A stretch of DNA of 63,994 nt, filler included, from Bigelowiella natans CCMP2755 (Eukaryota; Protista; Cercozoa): NCBI GenBank assembly GCA_000320545.1. It is 6 parts of 6 records of this genome, joined end to end, with 100 filler letters (N's around TTAATTAATTAA, not from the genome) between each part and the next. Parts side by side here need not be neighbours in the genome. Positions count along the whole stretch, not along the records: positions 1 to 18,893 come from ADNK01001618.1; positions 18,994 to 44,331 come from ADNK01000996.1; 4 more parts are not named here. One strand, written 5' to 3'. The notes beneath the pieces were generated by a model. The model did not search any database. It was not told where the DNA came from and worked only from the letters and a program-made list of their open reading frames with translations. The position numbers and the translations under genes are program-made. Positions 13,627 through 29,280 of the stretch are shown one piece after another; the first letter of the stretch is position 1, and every line of letters starts with the position of its first letter.

Positions 13627-14756
13627 TGTCGTCGATGAAGAGACGTGCAAGTGAGCAGCACAACGAAAAAACTTGCTGCAGCTGCATGGACTGGCATGCA
13701 TGACCGCACGCACACAAAAAGTTAAACCCATCACAGCTAGACAGCCACAGTGGCGCACTTGCAATGTGCAAGCAATGCACATGTGCACCGCGCATTCATG
13801 TGCACGTTGTCGCACGTGCGCGTGTCGAAATAATGGACGTGCGCACACGGCAACACGTGCAATGTGTGCTGTGTCCACAGTCGAACAGCCATGCGTGTCT
13901 GTGCAGACAGTTTCCATGCTCTGGCTCTCGTGTGCACCAGCACTTGCTTGCTGTGTTCACAAAAACTAAACGCAAACACGTGGCAAGCCTGATCAGGCTG
14001 GCAGGATTGGAACCTTTCCCAGAGTTCTTCGTGCACGAACAAGTTCAAAACCAAGGAAGTCCAAGCACAGGCCACAGGTTGTTTCGATGGACTCACGTCT
14101 CACGTTCATCACGTGGAAGTGAGGACACTTGGTGGGCAAAAAGCAATGCACGCCAAAGTTTGTGCACCTTTTGACAGTGGACGCAGGAAGCCCCGTCTCC
14201 ACTTGCCTCCCGCCTCTCACGATCCAAGCGGCCACGCAGCACTTGAAGCACAGTCACTCAGTCTGACGTGTCTGCGTTCGTCTCACAAGCGGCGTCTCCT
14301 CCCACTTTCATTGCCTGGTTTTTCTCTGCGACGCACAGCTCTCGTGTTGCACTCGATTTCAAACTTGGGGAGAAGAACGTCAAAAAAGGACGATTTGGAC
14401 AGCACCACGAAGTGTCGAAGAAGCCAACGAAGTCACTGTCTGCTGTGCCTTTCCCAAGCGTGCGGTTGAGGTTTGACTCACTTGGTTTCACGCCTTTCAA
14501 CACGAATTGACTCACCGTGCACGCACGCTTGCGCTCCGAAGACTTGAGCTTGGGTGCAAGCCTTGCAGCCTTTGTGACGAGAGCGATGTGTTCCCTCCTC
14601 CTTCTTTTCAACCGTGACTTGCGCAGCAACGGCACACTCTTGATGCGACATCTCACTGCGATTCGTGCGTGTTTCAGACGCACGCGCCTGAACGATGGCG
14701 AGTGTGTGATGAACGTGTGGTGAACCACGAGCGTCCACACGTCAAGTCCTTGCAAC

Positions 14757-14862
14757 GAGTGTTGTTGAGGCTCTGCTGCGTGCAAATGCCTGTCTCCCAT
14801 GTGGTTCTGGCGCATGTAGTTTTGATCAACGCTTTCTTCATTGTTCATTGTTCATTGTTGTT
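14757..14862 (+). repeat. Dispersed repeat (LINE 3'-UTR-like) ending in (TTCATTG)n; second copy at 33424-33575
   Basis: GAGTGTTGTTGAGGCTCTGCTGCGTGCAAATGCC…TTCTTCATTGTTCATTG is near-identical to the 33424 copy. Confidence 0.9.
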
Positions 14863-14956
14863 CACGTCATTGCACGTGCAATTTCAGGCTGAACCCCAAA
14901 ACTTGCCCCAGCAGTGCACGCAACAGCGAAAGTTTCGTGCAAAGTCACGTCTTGGG

Positions 14957-14991
<35 letters not shown>

Positions 14992-15148
14992 TGTCCGGGT
15001 TTTGTCCGAACTTTGCCCCGGTTTGGTCCTGAAATCGCCGACATCGGGGATCGTGGATCGTTTCAAATTGGGTGCACTTCGTGAACATTGAACATTGAAC
15101 ATTGAAGGAAGCATTGATCAAATCAACGTGGGCCAGAAACACATGGGA

Positions 15149-15323
15149 AACAATGAAACAATGAAACAATGATGAAAAACTACACTTCCAAAGTGTTGCA
15201 AGACACTTGCAGTGTGCAAAATGCAGTGCCTCGAACTGATTTCAGTGAGGACTGTGACTAGCAAATCAACTAGCTGGTTTGCCAAAACGGCATGACTTGG
15301 TCATTGAGAAGCAATGACACTAG
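15149..15323 (-). repeat. Inverted copy of the LINE 3' end found at 33127-33302
   Basis: The reverse complement aligns over ~175 nt with 33127-33302, including the (TTTCATTG)n tail. Confidence 0.9.
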
Positions 15324-15769
15324 CTGCAAAATGGGAGACAGGCGTGCTAGCGTGTGCGTGCAGCAGCAACGCCACCTTTCGGATTCGGACACGTCGGACA
15401 GTTTCATCATCCCCTGACAGTGTTTCACCTGAATCCATGCGGACAAGTTTTGCACGGGTTTTGACATGGTTTTGTCCGTGTTTGGGATGGTGGAATTCAC
15501 CCCCGGAATTTATTGCCAAAATGTCACGAAGATTGATCCTTGCACAATTGGGATATTTTCGGGGCAAAAAATAGACTAAAGCCAATCAGCAGCAGATCAT
15601 CATTGAGCCCCAACCGCTATCCCCCCAACTCAGTCGATCACGTCAGCAGAGCGGCGGTGTCCTGGCCACAGGTTGCATCAACAACACTCCAAGGGCCCTT
15701 CCTTCTCGAACCCAGCTCCAGTTTGGCCCACAGTCGTTTGGTTTCATGATGGAGGTTTGACTGAACAGC

Positions 15770-16719
15770 ATGAAAGATCTCGTTGTGGTACGTGACGAAG
15801 GGGGGTGAGAACAGTGCTTAGTGTGCCTTTTTTACTGACCCCTCTTTTCTGGGGAATGCGACAAAAAATAGGCACTAATCGGTGTAGAAGGAGCGCAGGG
15901 CCTGGGCAAGCTGTTCCTTGAGGAGAAATGCTTCCAGAGGAGGGGAGGTGATGATAGAACTGATGAAGAATGATTTCATGGTTTGGGTTGCACCGCAGCA
16001 GCAGCAGATACAACAGCAACATCGACGACGATAAAAAGGAGAAGAGGGTTAGGAGATGAAGAATAGTCCAGAAGAAAGAAGAGGGGAAATAGCCGTAGAA
16101 TCCCTGTTGGTATGCTCTTTGAGGGTAGGGTGGGATGAACCAGCTTCCTTCCTGGAAGGAAGAAGAGTCTCAACTCTATTTGAGAATTTCCCCGCTTGTG
16201 GATTGCTACCCATTTTTAATTAACCTCCCCAACCACTTGTTTTGTCTACAGGGCCGTCAAACCATAACTTCGTGGTGAGCGGAATGGTGACATACAGGAT
16301 CTCACCTGTAGAGGTAGTTGACAGAAGACTTGGGACAGTTGTCTTTAATCCATTATTATCGTTGGGAAAAGGCGATTAGTAGACAGTCTCTAATCCGTTA
16401 TTATCGTGGGGAAAAGGCGATTAGGAGACAGTCCCAATGCAACATGGCTTCGATTACTTCCTGAAAATACTTTAGTGATTTTGAGACCACCGCACCACCA
16501 CCACATATAATAAGATTATATATATGTGTGTGTGTGTATACACATATGTGACCTCACATTGTGCTTTTTCGAGATTATCGTTGGAAGTTCTCCGAATTGG
16601 ATTACAAAGTCGGTGCTATCGGCTGATGCATACATTTTTGTGTACAACGCAAAGAAGCCAGCTACGATGCATAAACTCAAGTAAGAACTTGCCTTAATGC
16701 TTTGAGAGGGCGGCGTACA

Positions 16720-16768
<49 letters not shown>

Positions 16769-17589
16769 AAACTATTATGACTCTACGCAGGGATGAGATT
16801 ATCCGGTTCATTGTACAGAAGGGAACAGACAGGTAATCTCTGAACGCCGACAGCAGATCTATCGATATCAGCTACAAGATACTCATACGACGCACGGAAG
16901 ATGGATGAATATTACAATAGCAAACACACGCACACGCACGCACGCACTCGCATAAACCCGCATATCTCGACAGCATGCATTTATCATCAGCCAATGATGC
17001 AGGTTTCCGTCCGTGCTCTGTGAGCTTTACGAAGGCTCCAACCACAGAATCGTCCCCGCCCTATCGGGAAAACATCTCGCAGAGGACTTCGGGTATTACG
17101 CAGTGGATGGTGCTCCATGATGGCATCATTGATTTTATTCTTCATGTTAACCCATTTCGGTTTGCTCTCTTCTCTACTTCTTCCTCCTCCCCACCCCCCA
17201 CGCGCCCAAAAATGGTAAACTCCACGCTCAGGTTCAAGTTTCTTCAAGCGGATACGGATAAAGGGAGCGTGCGACCGCTTTTCAAAGAGCTCGTCACCGT
17301 ATATCGGGTGCGCTTGCTGTCAGCGTCATTCCCATCCCGCACGTTCTGCATCGCTTCAGTATTTGTGGATATATCTCATCTACTTGTTTGTTTATTTGTT
17401 GTCGTGTGCGCCTTTCAACAGAGAATCGTCGACATAGAGACAAGGATTCGTAGGAAGAGAATACAAGAGCGCCAGAAGATGATGAGTTCCAAAGACGGTG
17501 TGCTGGGAGATGAAATCATGCTTTTCATCGCAGCGATTGTCATCGTCATCGTGCTTCTAGGCTTGGTTCGTTTGCAAACAGCAGATTAA
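15770..17589 (+). CDS. Divergent Ras-superfamily small GTPase-like protein with C-terminal transmembrane anchor (8 exons)
   Basis: All GT-AG junctions keep frame: MKDLVV|ALIGVEGAQGLGKL…|…SADAYIFVYNAKKPATMHKLK|DEIIRFI…|FPSVLCELYEGSNHRIVPALSGKHLAEDFG|FKFLQADTDKGSVRPLFKELVT|RIVD…IMLFIAAIVIVIVLLGLVRLQTAD*. Confidence 0.7.
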
Positions 17590-18250
17590 TCACACCCGCG
17601 TGCAGAATTTGTTAATGCTCTGGGTTGTGTGTGGTGGCACTGGCCAGTGTGACTACGAAAAACATGTGACTTCTTTGTGCTGTTCGATTTTTCCAATATA
17701 CAGCTCATCTATTCTCTCGCATATCACTCCGACCCAATATACAATACACGAGCGGTAAGTAAGGGTGGAAGTGCCCTTCTGGTATTATTACTGATTTCGT
17801 CATTTGCACGTGCCTGGCTTGGGGGCGGGCTCTGAATCTCCCCCCACAACATCCACTGAGTGGCATGATGCACGCACCGACACACGCAGCACATCGTTCA
17901 TGTGAAGAGCGAGTTGGCTTTGCATTCAAATGCTGTTTTGGTGATTTTACACTCGTTTTTAGTTCAAGTACAAGAGGAAAGGCCCTCTCCACGACGATAT
18001 GTAGCAGCGTGTGAGTGAGGAAGGGAAACCAAACCAAAAATCAAGCAATTGGACGTCTGTCGCCCGCACTCTTAGCAGCAGATTCACCCATATTATCGAT
18101 CATACAACAACACATGGAAGCTGAAAATGCTACGTCTGGGTACCACCTTTTGTACACATCATCATCATCATCATCATCATCATCAACATCAGCGATTAAC
18201 GCTGGGTGGCCGGACACGATGCTATTTCGATTTTTTAAATCTGATACGGA

Positions 18251-18297
<47 letters not shown>

Positions 18298-18893
18298 GTG
18301 TTAATTTTGCCCTCGATCGGCGACATTCAAAACACCGCGTCATGAGGCATGAAGTATGCAGCTTCGAATGCGCGTGGTGAGCATCAACATACGCACGAAG
18401 CCATCGCCTCGAGAACACGTGCATTATGGCATCTGGAGCTTCACCGATGCGAGTGCACATTGCATGCCTGGCCTATCTACGATATAGCTGCTACATGAAG
18501 CAAATGCAGTAGCCGCAGCGGTCTAGCGGTGCTGCTTTTTTTGCGATGCAGCGTGTGGCGTGTAATGGGGAATCATACCTGGGAATAGGCAGATACAACA
18601 CATGCACATATCGTACCTAACATGACTTAACATCGTTTAACATTGCACATATCTGCCTTCAAATCTATAATTGTGGGCAATTGCATGCATGCGTATCGTA
18701 TTGCAACAATATAACAAGTCGCTGCTAGCTAGTGTTGCATTGCATGTAGAGTAATGGTAACAACATTAGACGATGCGATGAACAATGCCAATTCAATGAT
18801 CATGTTAACAATTAAATCTTTCATAGCATGAGTTGTAAAACTCCATCAGTCGTAGATAGCGCTAATATGTATGTACATCCACAAACTCCCCCT

Positions 18894-18993
18894 NNNNNNN
18901 NNNNNNNNNNNNNNNNNNNNNNNNNNNNNNNNNNNNNTTAATTAATTAANNNNNNNNNNNNNNNNNNNNNNNNNNNNNNNNNNNNNNNNNNNN
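18894..18993. other. Assembly gap padded with TTAATTAATTAA linker; same at 44332-44431, 50140-50239, 61323-61422, 62786-62885
   Basis: Five identical 100-nt N blocks with a central six-frame-stop linker. Confidence 0.97.
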
Positions 18994-19661
18994 ACGATCC
19001 GAGCGGCTACTTCGTCCAAACGACTCTAACGGATTACTTCCGACGCTTACCGTTATAAGACGTAGACGATGCCCCAAATACGCAACAAGAGCCATAATAC
19101 TAGTAATAATAATGCGGAAGAGGGCCACAATCCTAGCAGCCGCGCCAGCGAGAGTCACGGTGAAAGTCGGAGGCATCATCACTACCACCATCTCCCCCGC
19201 CCAGATGAGAATGAGAGTGCGGCTGGCAGATCGCAACGAATGGCCGCTGTGTTGTTGTCGTGGTTTTCATCATGGCTCTCACTCCCCAGCCTCCCCCCCA
19301 GGGCAAGAATTGACTCCTGCAAAGAATTGCGGCAAAGCTGTGATGCATCAGCCCCCCGTCCCCATAACCGACAACGGACATTTAGATGATGTGGTCAATG
19401 AAGAGAGAGAGGATTCACCCATTGACGCTCATTTCCAGAGAAGGGAACATGAGGGGGGAGTGGAGGGGGACCGGCCCCACGGGGTTGAGGGTGGGGGGGG
19501 GGGGGGGAGAGAGAGAGAGAGAGAGAGGTGGTCAGTGGTGGTTGATAAACCTATATTTCGAATGCGTAGATTCAATGATCTCAGAAGTAAGCATGAGTGG
19601 TGCGTATCTTCTTCTTCTTCTTCTTCGTCTTCTCGTGCCACTACCACTACTACTACCATTC

Positions 19662-19698
<37 letters not shown>

Positions 19699-19699
19699 T

Positions 19700-22912
<3,213 letters not shown>

Positions 22913-24141
22913 TTAGGTCGTTCTATCGCTCAGGCGTTCCGGTGGGTCGGAGGGCGGGAAGGGGGGGGAAACTAGGTTTGAAAGAAGATTCCGAAAAATA
23001 GATAAATGTTCAAGCCGGTTCTGACCAAGTTCTCCATCCTGTTTTATCCATATCAACGTTCCCGTTCCTTCCGCTTTGCGCAACGCCGGAATTGCAGCAA
23101 ACTAGTCCGATTTTCAAAGCTAATTTGACCCAATTCTGATGGAGTATTGGCCAGTCCGCACGGCTTGGTTCCGAGCGGCAGTGGTTTTGTGCTTTAAATG
23201 AAGCGAAAACACGAACAACAATTTGGCTGCAAATTGGGCTGTCCGCATACTTCGGATTTCTCCTCGTAATAATAATGTCTGAATGTTGTGCATATCTGGC
23301 GTGAGAACATGTCCTTTTTCCCAGGCCATGATAACCAAGGGAGCCTCTCAAGCCAAAATCCACATGAATTTTTCACTTGCGTCAACGATGTTTCCACCAT
23401 GCTTTTTTGGGCTTTTTTTGGTCATATTTTTGAGTTTCGTCTGTCGTAGGAAAACGTCGGAGCTGGGGAGGTTTGCGTTACCCCCCATTGTTAGGCCAGA
23501 AACGGGTACGTAGGAAGGCATAAACACTGATGTGCGACAAGGAATTTGGGATGTCGTACCTCAGAAAAACACTATACTCCGTCCATAAGAAGACAATGAG
23601 CTTTTCTTTTTTAAGGTTTTAGATTCGTTAAGTAGCACAGTGGAGTTATCTTCATAGTTCCATGTAAATTGATAGAAACTGATGTCGCTCCAAAGTAATC
23701 GTATTTTTTTTTTATGATTCGTTATGTTTGATGTCAAATCTTAAGGCTTACCTCTAATACTCACTGGACCGGATGCCACTTGGGCCGAAGAGGTAGCTGG
23801 CAACGGGTAAGGTATCGAAGGCCATACGCAGTGTAAGCGGAGAAACACTTTCAACGGAAAGGGGGGAGTAGATCTAGTGACCGGAAGTTGAAAGAGATTT
23901 TTGGTTCCAGCATTTGAAGTCTTACCTCGAAGCTCCATTGACGTCAATTGCTGAGTGTTGCACTCGTGCCCAAAACCAACGACATCGTTTCTTCCTCACA
24001 CAAAGCAAAATCACTCAGCATATCATAGCATTTCCACTTGCATAGTTCTTATGCTTGCTCTTGAGGGTTGAGTGCTTGGCGGAGAGTGCGTTTATAGACT
24101 TGGATTGAAGGAAAGTATCCTGGCAGTCAGGGCAGCTAGCT

Positions 24142-25745
24142 ATGAACCCTTTTATTTCTTTGGATGACGGAATTCCCTCCAGCATGCCATCGGAGAGACC
24201 CTCCGAACAGTCATCATGCAGACAACGCTTCGTTAATCACCACGATGACGTAAAGCAGCACCATGACGTTCCTGAGAGCCGGAAATTCTTTTTCGAATCC
24301 TCGACCAATTCGGACTCATATCACATGCAGGGCGACAAGCGAATGTGAGTGAAAAACAGCACATGCATTCAATGAATATGGTCTTGACAATAATCATTTT
24401 ATTAAGCACTCATCTTCGTTCTGAGAGAGGCGGGGAAACAAGCATGGTTGTCTCATTTGCTCCCTCCCCCTCCTCCCCATTTGCATTGGCGCAGGTACAC
24501 CCAAACTGCAATCTCGAAGCGAAACGGACTAAAAGAACACCCGGAAGTTGTTGCAATGATCGACAAGTTTTTTATGACTTTCCCTCCCGAGAAAACCGTG
24601 CTGGGCCTTGAGTTCATCCCAAAGAAAGCGTACATTGAATTCTACCTAAAAGTAGCGAAGTGTCTCTATTCGGATTTCGACGAGCCATCGTCGCGGAAGC
24701 AGGCAGAGGAGGAATTGCAAAAGGACTTGGAAGGGGCCACTGAAATGGACATCAAGTTGTATAGAAGCTCGCTGTTCGAAATAGTGGATATCTGGACCAT
24801 CACCCATGACTTGGAGGACTACGTCTCATTCCTTGAGACCCTCTACGAGCGCATAACGTGCGATATAGACAAATAAACATCTTTTCCCCTTGTGCAACAG
24901 ATGCATTCGCTACGCCGTATGTCTTCTTCTAATTTGATGCTTCATCGCCTAAGCGTGACCGTGTTTTTACTAGGATTGAAAGGGTACATGTTGTGTTTCA
25001 GGTATCGCCAACTCGATATAAGTGAGGAATCGATTAGAAACAGAAAATACAGAGAGCTTGATGACATACATTTCAATCCCCCTAACGAGGCGATTGGAAA
25101 AACCCAAGGTGATGAGGGAGATGACTCGCTTGAGTTTCGCCGCCAGCAAAGCCTCCACAATCAGCTCAAATTGGGAGAGGGGAGAGAAAGGGGAGATGGA
25201 GAAGAAAATGATATGGAAGAGAGGCGGGGAAAGAACCACCTATTTGGATTTGGAGAGAGCAGAGCAAGAGGTAGAGGACGCATTGACTATGCGTCGTTAG
25301 CGGAAAGGGACTCAAGATCAAAATCGAAAAAACGCTCAAAGAAAAGGCGGCCAAGGAAAAGCACTACCAAGGCCCAGGCCCCCCGGTTTCGAAAGAGTTC
25401 AAAGGAGAAATCGCCCTTCTCCCTTCCAGCTGCAGTAAAGGCAGTTATGGACTCGAGGAACGTCTTCCCTGTCTTCTCGTATATGACCAAAAAGAATATG
25501 CTGAATACGGGCGAGTCGAGTGTGCTTCAGGAAGCTCTCACTAACGACACGCACGACGAAACGAAAAACCGCATCGTTGCCGCCTTCGCAAATGCGCTGA
25601 TAAATCGCAAGAGATCTCAACCACGATCGCGCAGCGTCTCGCGGCAGCATGGGAGAAGTAATCGAAGCAGTAAAACTACGAATAACAACCAAAACCCACT
25701 ACTCCAGGGCCGTGTCGGTCAGGATCGAGTTTCGCCACAGCGAGT

Positions 25746-25779
<34 letters not shown>

Positions 25780-28700
25780 GAGGAGGAGGAGGAGGAAGAG
25801 GAAATGAAGGAATGTCAATCCAAATCTGATGCTATCAAGCATCTTGAGAAGCAGCCACCACAGCCCCTTAGAACCGGTTCGCCATTAGTCACGCGGTCGA
25901 AGAGCATGGTTTCACCGCCGAAAATGTCGGTGGTCGTGCACACGCTAGTGGATAGCCTTCAGGACATTGTTAAGGACGCCATCTCGCGAAGTGGCTCTCC
26001 TCTCGGCTCGCCCATGCATAAGGGGCGACAGCAGCAAACGGAGGACAAGGAAGGCGAAGATGGTAGGCTACAGTACAGCCCGACCAAATTCATGAAGAAG
26101 ATCAACGCGCAAGAGAAGGCGGGGCTCTCGCGCGAGATTGAGAGGTTTTTGTTCCATGTGGACAAATCACACGTGACCCCAATTGACCTGCGTAGTTTAA
26201 GTCCGACCGCAGCGACGTCGTCATCGTCACCATTAAATGCCAATAGTTTTGTGAATTCTGGCGAGGCAGCGAGGTCAGGAACATCAAGTCCTAGTCCAGC
26301 GCTCTCTCCCCAGTCGTCCCATCGATCTGGCATGTCAGGGAACCAGCAGCGAACCATTCTGGATGAGATGTTTCGTCGGGGATCTGAGCACACCACCGAG
26401 GAGGTTGGCAGCAGAAGCGATAGCGTCTCTCTTTGCCTGAGCTCCTCCTCGCAGGCAAATAATGATGCAGCGGTTCTCCCTAGGGGCAGACCAACGAAGC
26501 TGCAGATTTCCACAGGTGCCGTTGGAGATACTACCGGGCACGGCAGCAGTAGATCCCCCCCCCCTCATGGATTGAGTCTCGCTCGCCAAAGGGAGCAAAA
26601 AATCGCGGGAGGGAGTGCGATTTCGGGCAACATTGAGGATGCAGCAAGGTCCTTATGTCGTTACGAGATAGCAAGAGACAGATTTGCCTAGATCTGAATC
26701 GTCACCGTCTAATATTTATTTGCGCACCTCTTTTTAGGAGCGAGGCCCACGAATCCGCCATCAGCCCTGTGGATTCTCAGCAGCAGCAGCCAACGGTACG
26801 ATCTTACTCTTTTCCTTATCCAAACTCAAAATATGCAGATAAATCGAAAATATTGTTGTGTTCACCAAATTAATAACCATTAAAGGACAAGGAAGAATCT
26901 CCGAACCACGGACATAACGGAGCACCCCAATCCCCGCCGCCTCCCGGCTCCAGTGAGGTGCAGAAAGCTACTATAATCAATGACCACATGGATCCGAAAG
27001 AATGCGAAAATCCAAATTTAGAAAGAGAGAATAAATGATAGGGGGGGAGAGGGGGAGAAGAGAGAGATTCTGTAGAATACACATACTTTCATCCATTCCA
27101 TTCAGAACGCAAACTGCTTCTTGAAGGGTAACCAAGATTTTCGAGGCATGATCCGAGGGCGCTCGGATTTGAACCCGGCAATCATAAAGGGCAAACGTGA
27201 GTTGCACCCGCATAAGAGCAGGAGTAGTAGCAATAGTAGCAAAGGAGAGCCCCCGATCGAGCGCGAAGTCTCCAGCCTGAAACGCTACCTCGACGGAAAG
27301 ATCTCTGTAGCCCAGAATGTTGATGGCGCAGGCCAGCTTGTTTTGGGAAATCATCGGCGTAATGAAGACAACCAGCAGACCCCGTCAATAACATCAGTAG
27401 TGAAACCGAAAGTGACAGCAGCACCACCTGCAAAACGCAGCATTTCAGTGAACGAGTCGCCACGCACCGAGGAGCCTATTATCCCCCTCCGTTGCGTACC
27501 GCTTCTGGCAAAGAATAATACCGTTTTAAAGGGAAGCGGGCGCACATTAACATCGCCATCCACCTCGAGTAGACAACAGCAGCAACAAGAACGAGAGGCC
27601 GCTCCCTCCACGAAGGAGCAGGGCGCTAGGGAGGAAAGCGATGGCGACGGCGGCAGCACCAAGAAGGCTACAGCTGTTGAGGTTATGGAGAAAACGCTCC
27701 AGATATTGAGTCTTCAAAAGCGCGCAGGGTGTGTCGGCGAGGGAACAACAACTGGCCATAGTAGACGCGCGGTCGTTAATGATGAGCTGCTTCGGCCTAA
27801 TGCCGCCATCAAAACCACGCCGAAGAAGAGGACATTCGTGCGCAAGGACAGTCGGGTAGCCGCTCCTACTTCTCAGAATCGAAGGAGTAATGGTAGAGGC
27901 TCCTCGGTAACGACGGCGGCGGCGACGGTGCTGCAGGGCTATACGCAAGCTCCTCTCCTCGACCTAGCCTCACCCTCCTCTCCCTCACCTCATAAACCGT
28001 TGTCAACCAAGTCGGTCCCTCTTGGTAGCAGCGGCGTTTTTGGTGGATTTCCAAATAACAGTGCTCGCTTGCAACTACGGCAGGAGCATCAGCACCATCA
28101 CCACCAGCAGCAGGCCTCGAACGTCTGCTCCTCCTCCCCTTCTCATCGCGAGCGCAGGGGGCATATTGCCTCGCCCTGCACGAGTAAAAGATCTCCCACG
28201 AAGAGATGGGGAGGTGCGACAGGATCCCTCTCCCCCTCTTGTCGTGAGCAGCGGCAGGTTCATCGTCAAGGGAGGCCATCTTTGCACAGCTCGCTACCAC
28301 CGCTCAAGAAGAACTCGAAGAAAAAGAAGCAGAGGCGACCTCAGCTCGAGTATGAATTTGCACCGAATCGAACATTGAATTTCCATCCGCTCTCTTCCGT
28401 GTGCGCTGCGTGCGTGTATTTGTGTGTGTGTGTTTGTTAGGATAGCCATCATGTGAAATCCCAAAGGTGTATATCTGCCAGATCGGAAACTTTGAAATAT
28501 ATACTGATACACACACACACACACACACACACATACACATACACATACACACACACATACACACACACACAAATCTATTTCTTCTTCTTCTCACTTCTCC
28601 GTCACCACAGGGGACTGATATCCGGCTTGTCGAGGAGCAGCAGTGCAGCAGCGAACCTACACCAAAGCCGCGCCCCCCCCCTCCGATCTCCGTCCAGACG

Positions 28701-28989
28701 CAGTTCAAATTGGAGCCTGTTCCCACCGAAGATAATACAGCAGTCGCGCACCCAGCCGCAGCATCGCCCCTCCCCCTACTTGCATCGATTCGATGCAGAT
28801 CTATGGCTAGCGAAGGAGGTCAATCTGCAGGACTTTGATCGGGACACCGAGGTGAAGATGGAGCGCGGTGTGAAGCTCTCTATGTCCGAGAAGTACTTTC
28901 TGTCGCAGAAGTCTGCTTCCGCGCTCAGCAACGATGTACGCGCCCCTCCTTTCGTTCATTCACCTCTCAGCTTCTTTTTTGTATAGTTC

Positions 28990-29029
<40 letters not shown>

Positions 29030-29049
29030 GTGTTTGTACAATTACGACA

Positions 29050-29085
<36 letters not shown>

Positions 29086-29280
29086 CTTTTTCTCTTTCCC
29101 CCCCACTTCCCTTCCTTCGCTCTTCCTCCCCCTCTTCTCTTTGTCACTTTCTCTATCTCGTTTCACAGTGGACAGCGGCTTTAAACCTGCCGGATCGAAG
29201 GCTGCTAGGGCCTATACAGGCAACGCGAATACCCAAGCCTCGCCATGGCCAGCAAACTGCTGCTGCTACCTCTAGAGATT
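24142..29280 (+). CDS. Large multi-exon protein: N-terminal EF-hand-like globular domain plus very long Ser/Arg/Pro/Gln-rich disordered tail
   Basis: HMQGDKRM|YTQTAISKRNGLKEHPEV…YIEFYLKVAKCLY…SLFEIVDIWT…YVSFLETLYERIT, followed by long ORFs at 25001-26650 and 27121-28400; 3' end uncertain. Confidence 0.6.

Larger units (their letters stand above)
13627..15510. other. TpA-depleted, TpG/CpA-rich domain containing decayed repeat fragments
   Basis: Hand count: 6 TA dinucleotides in 13971-15510, 4 of them in CTAG. Confidence 0.9.

Noticed and set aside
16335-16435. ~46-bp tandem duplication in an intron (similar case at ~60608-60730)
   Set aside because: Local slippage duplication with no evidence of function.
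18894-18993. Recurrent TTAATTAATTAA motif inside N runs (five places)
   Set aside because: Artificial six-frame-stop gap linker, not biological.
18994-19690. Possible continuation of gyrB, or a split gyrB
   Set aside because: No GyrB motifs recognised; the missing C-terminal half is more simply explained by the adjacent gap.
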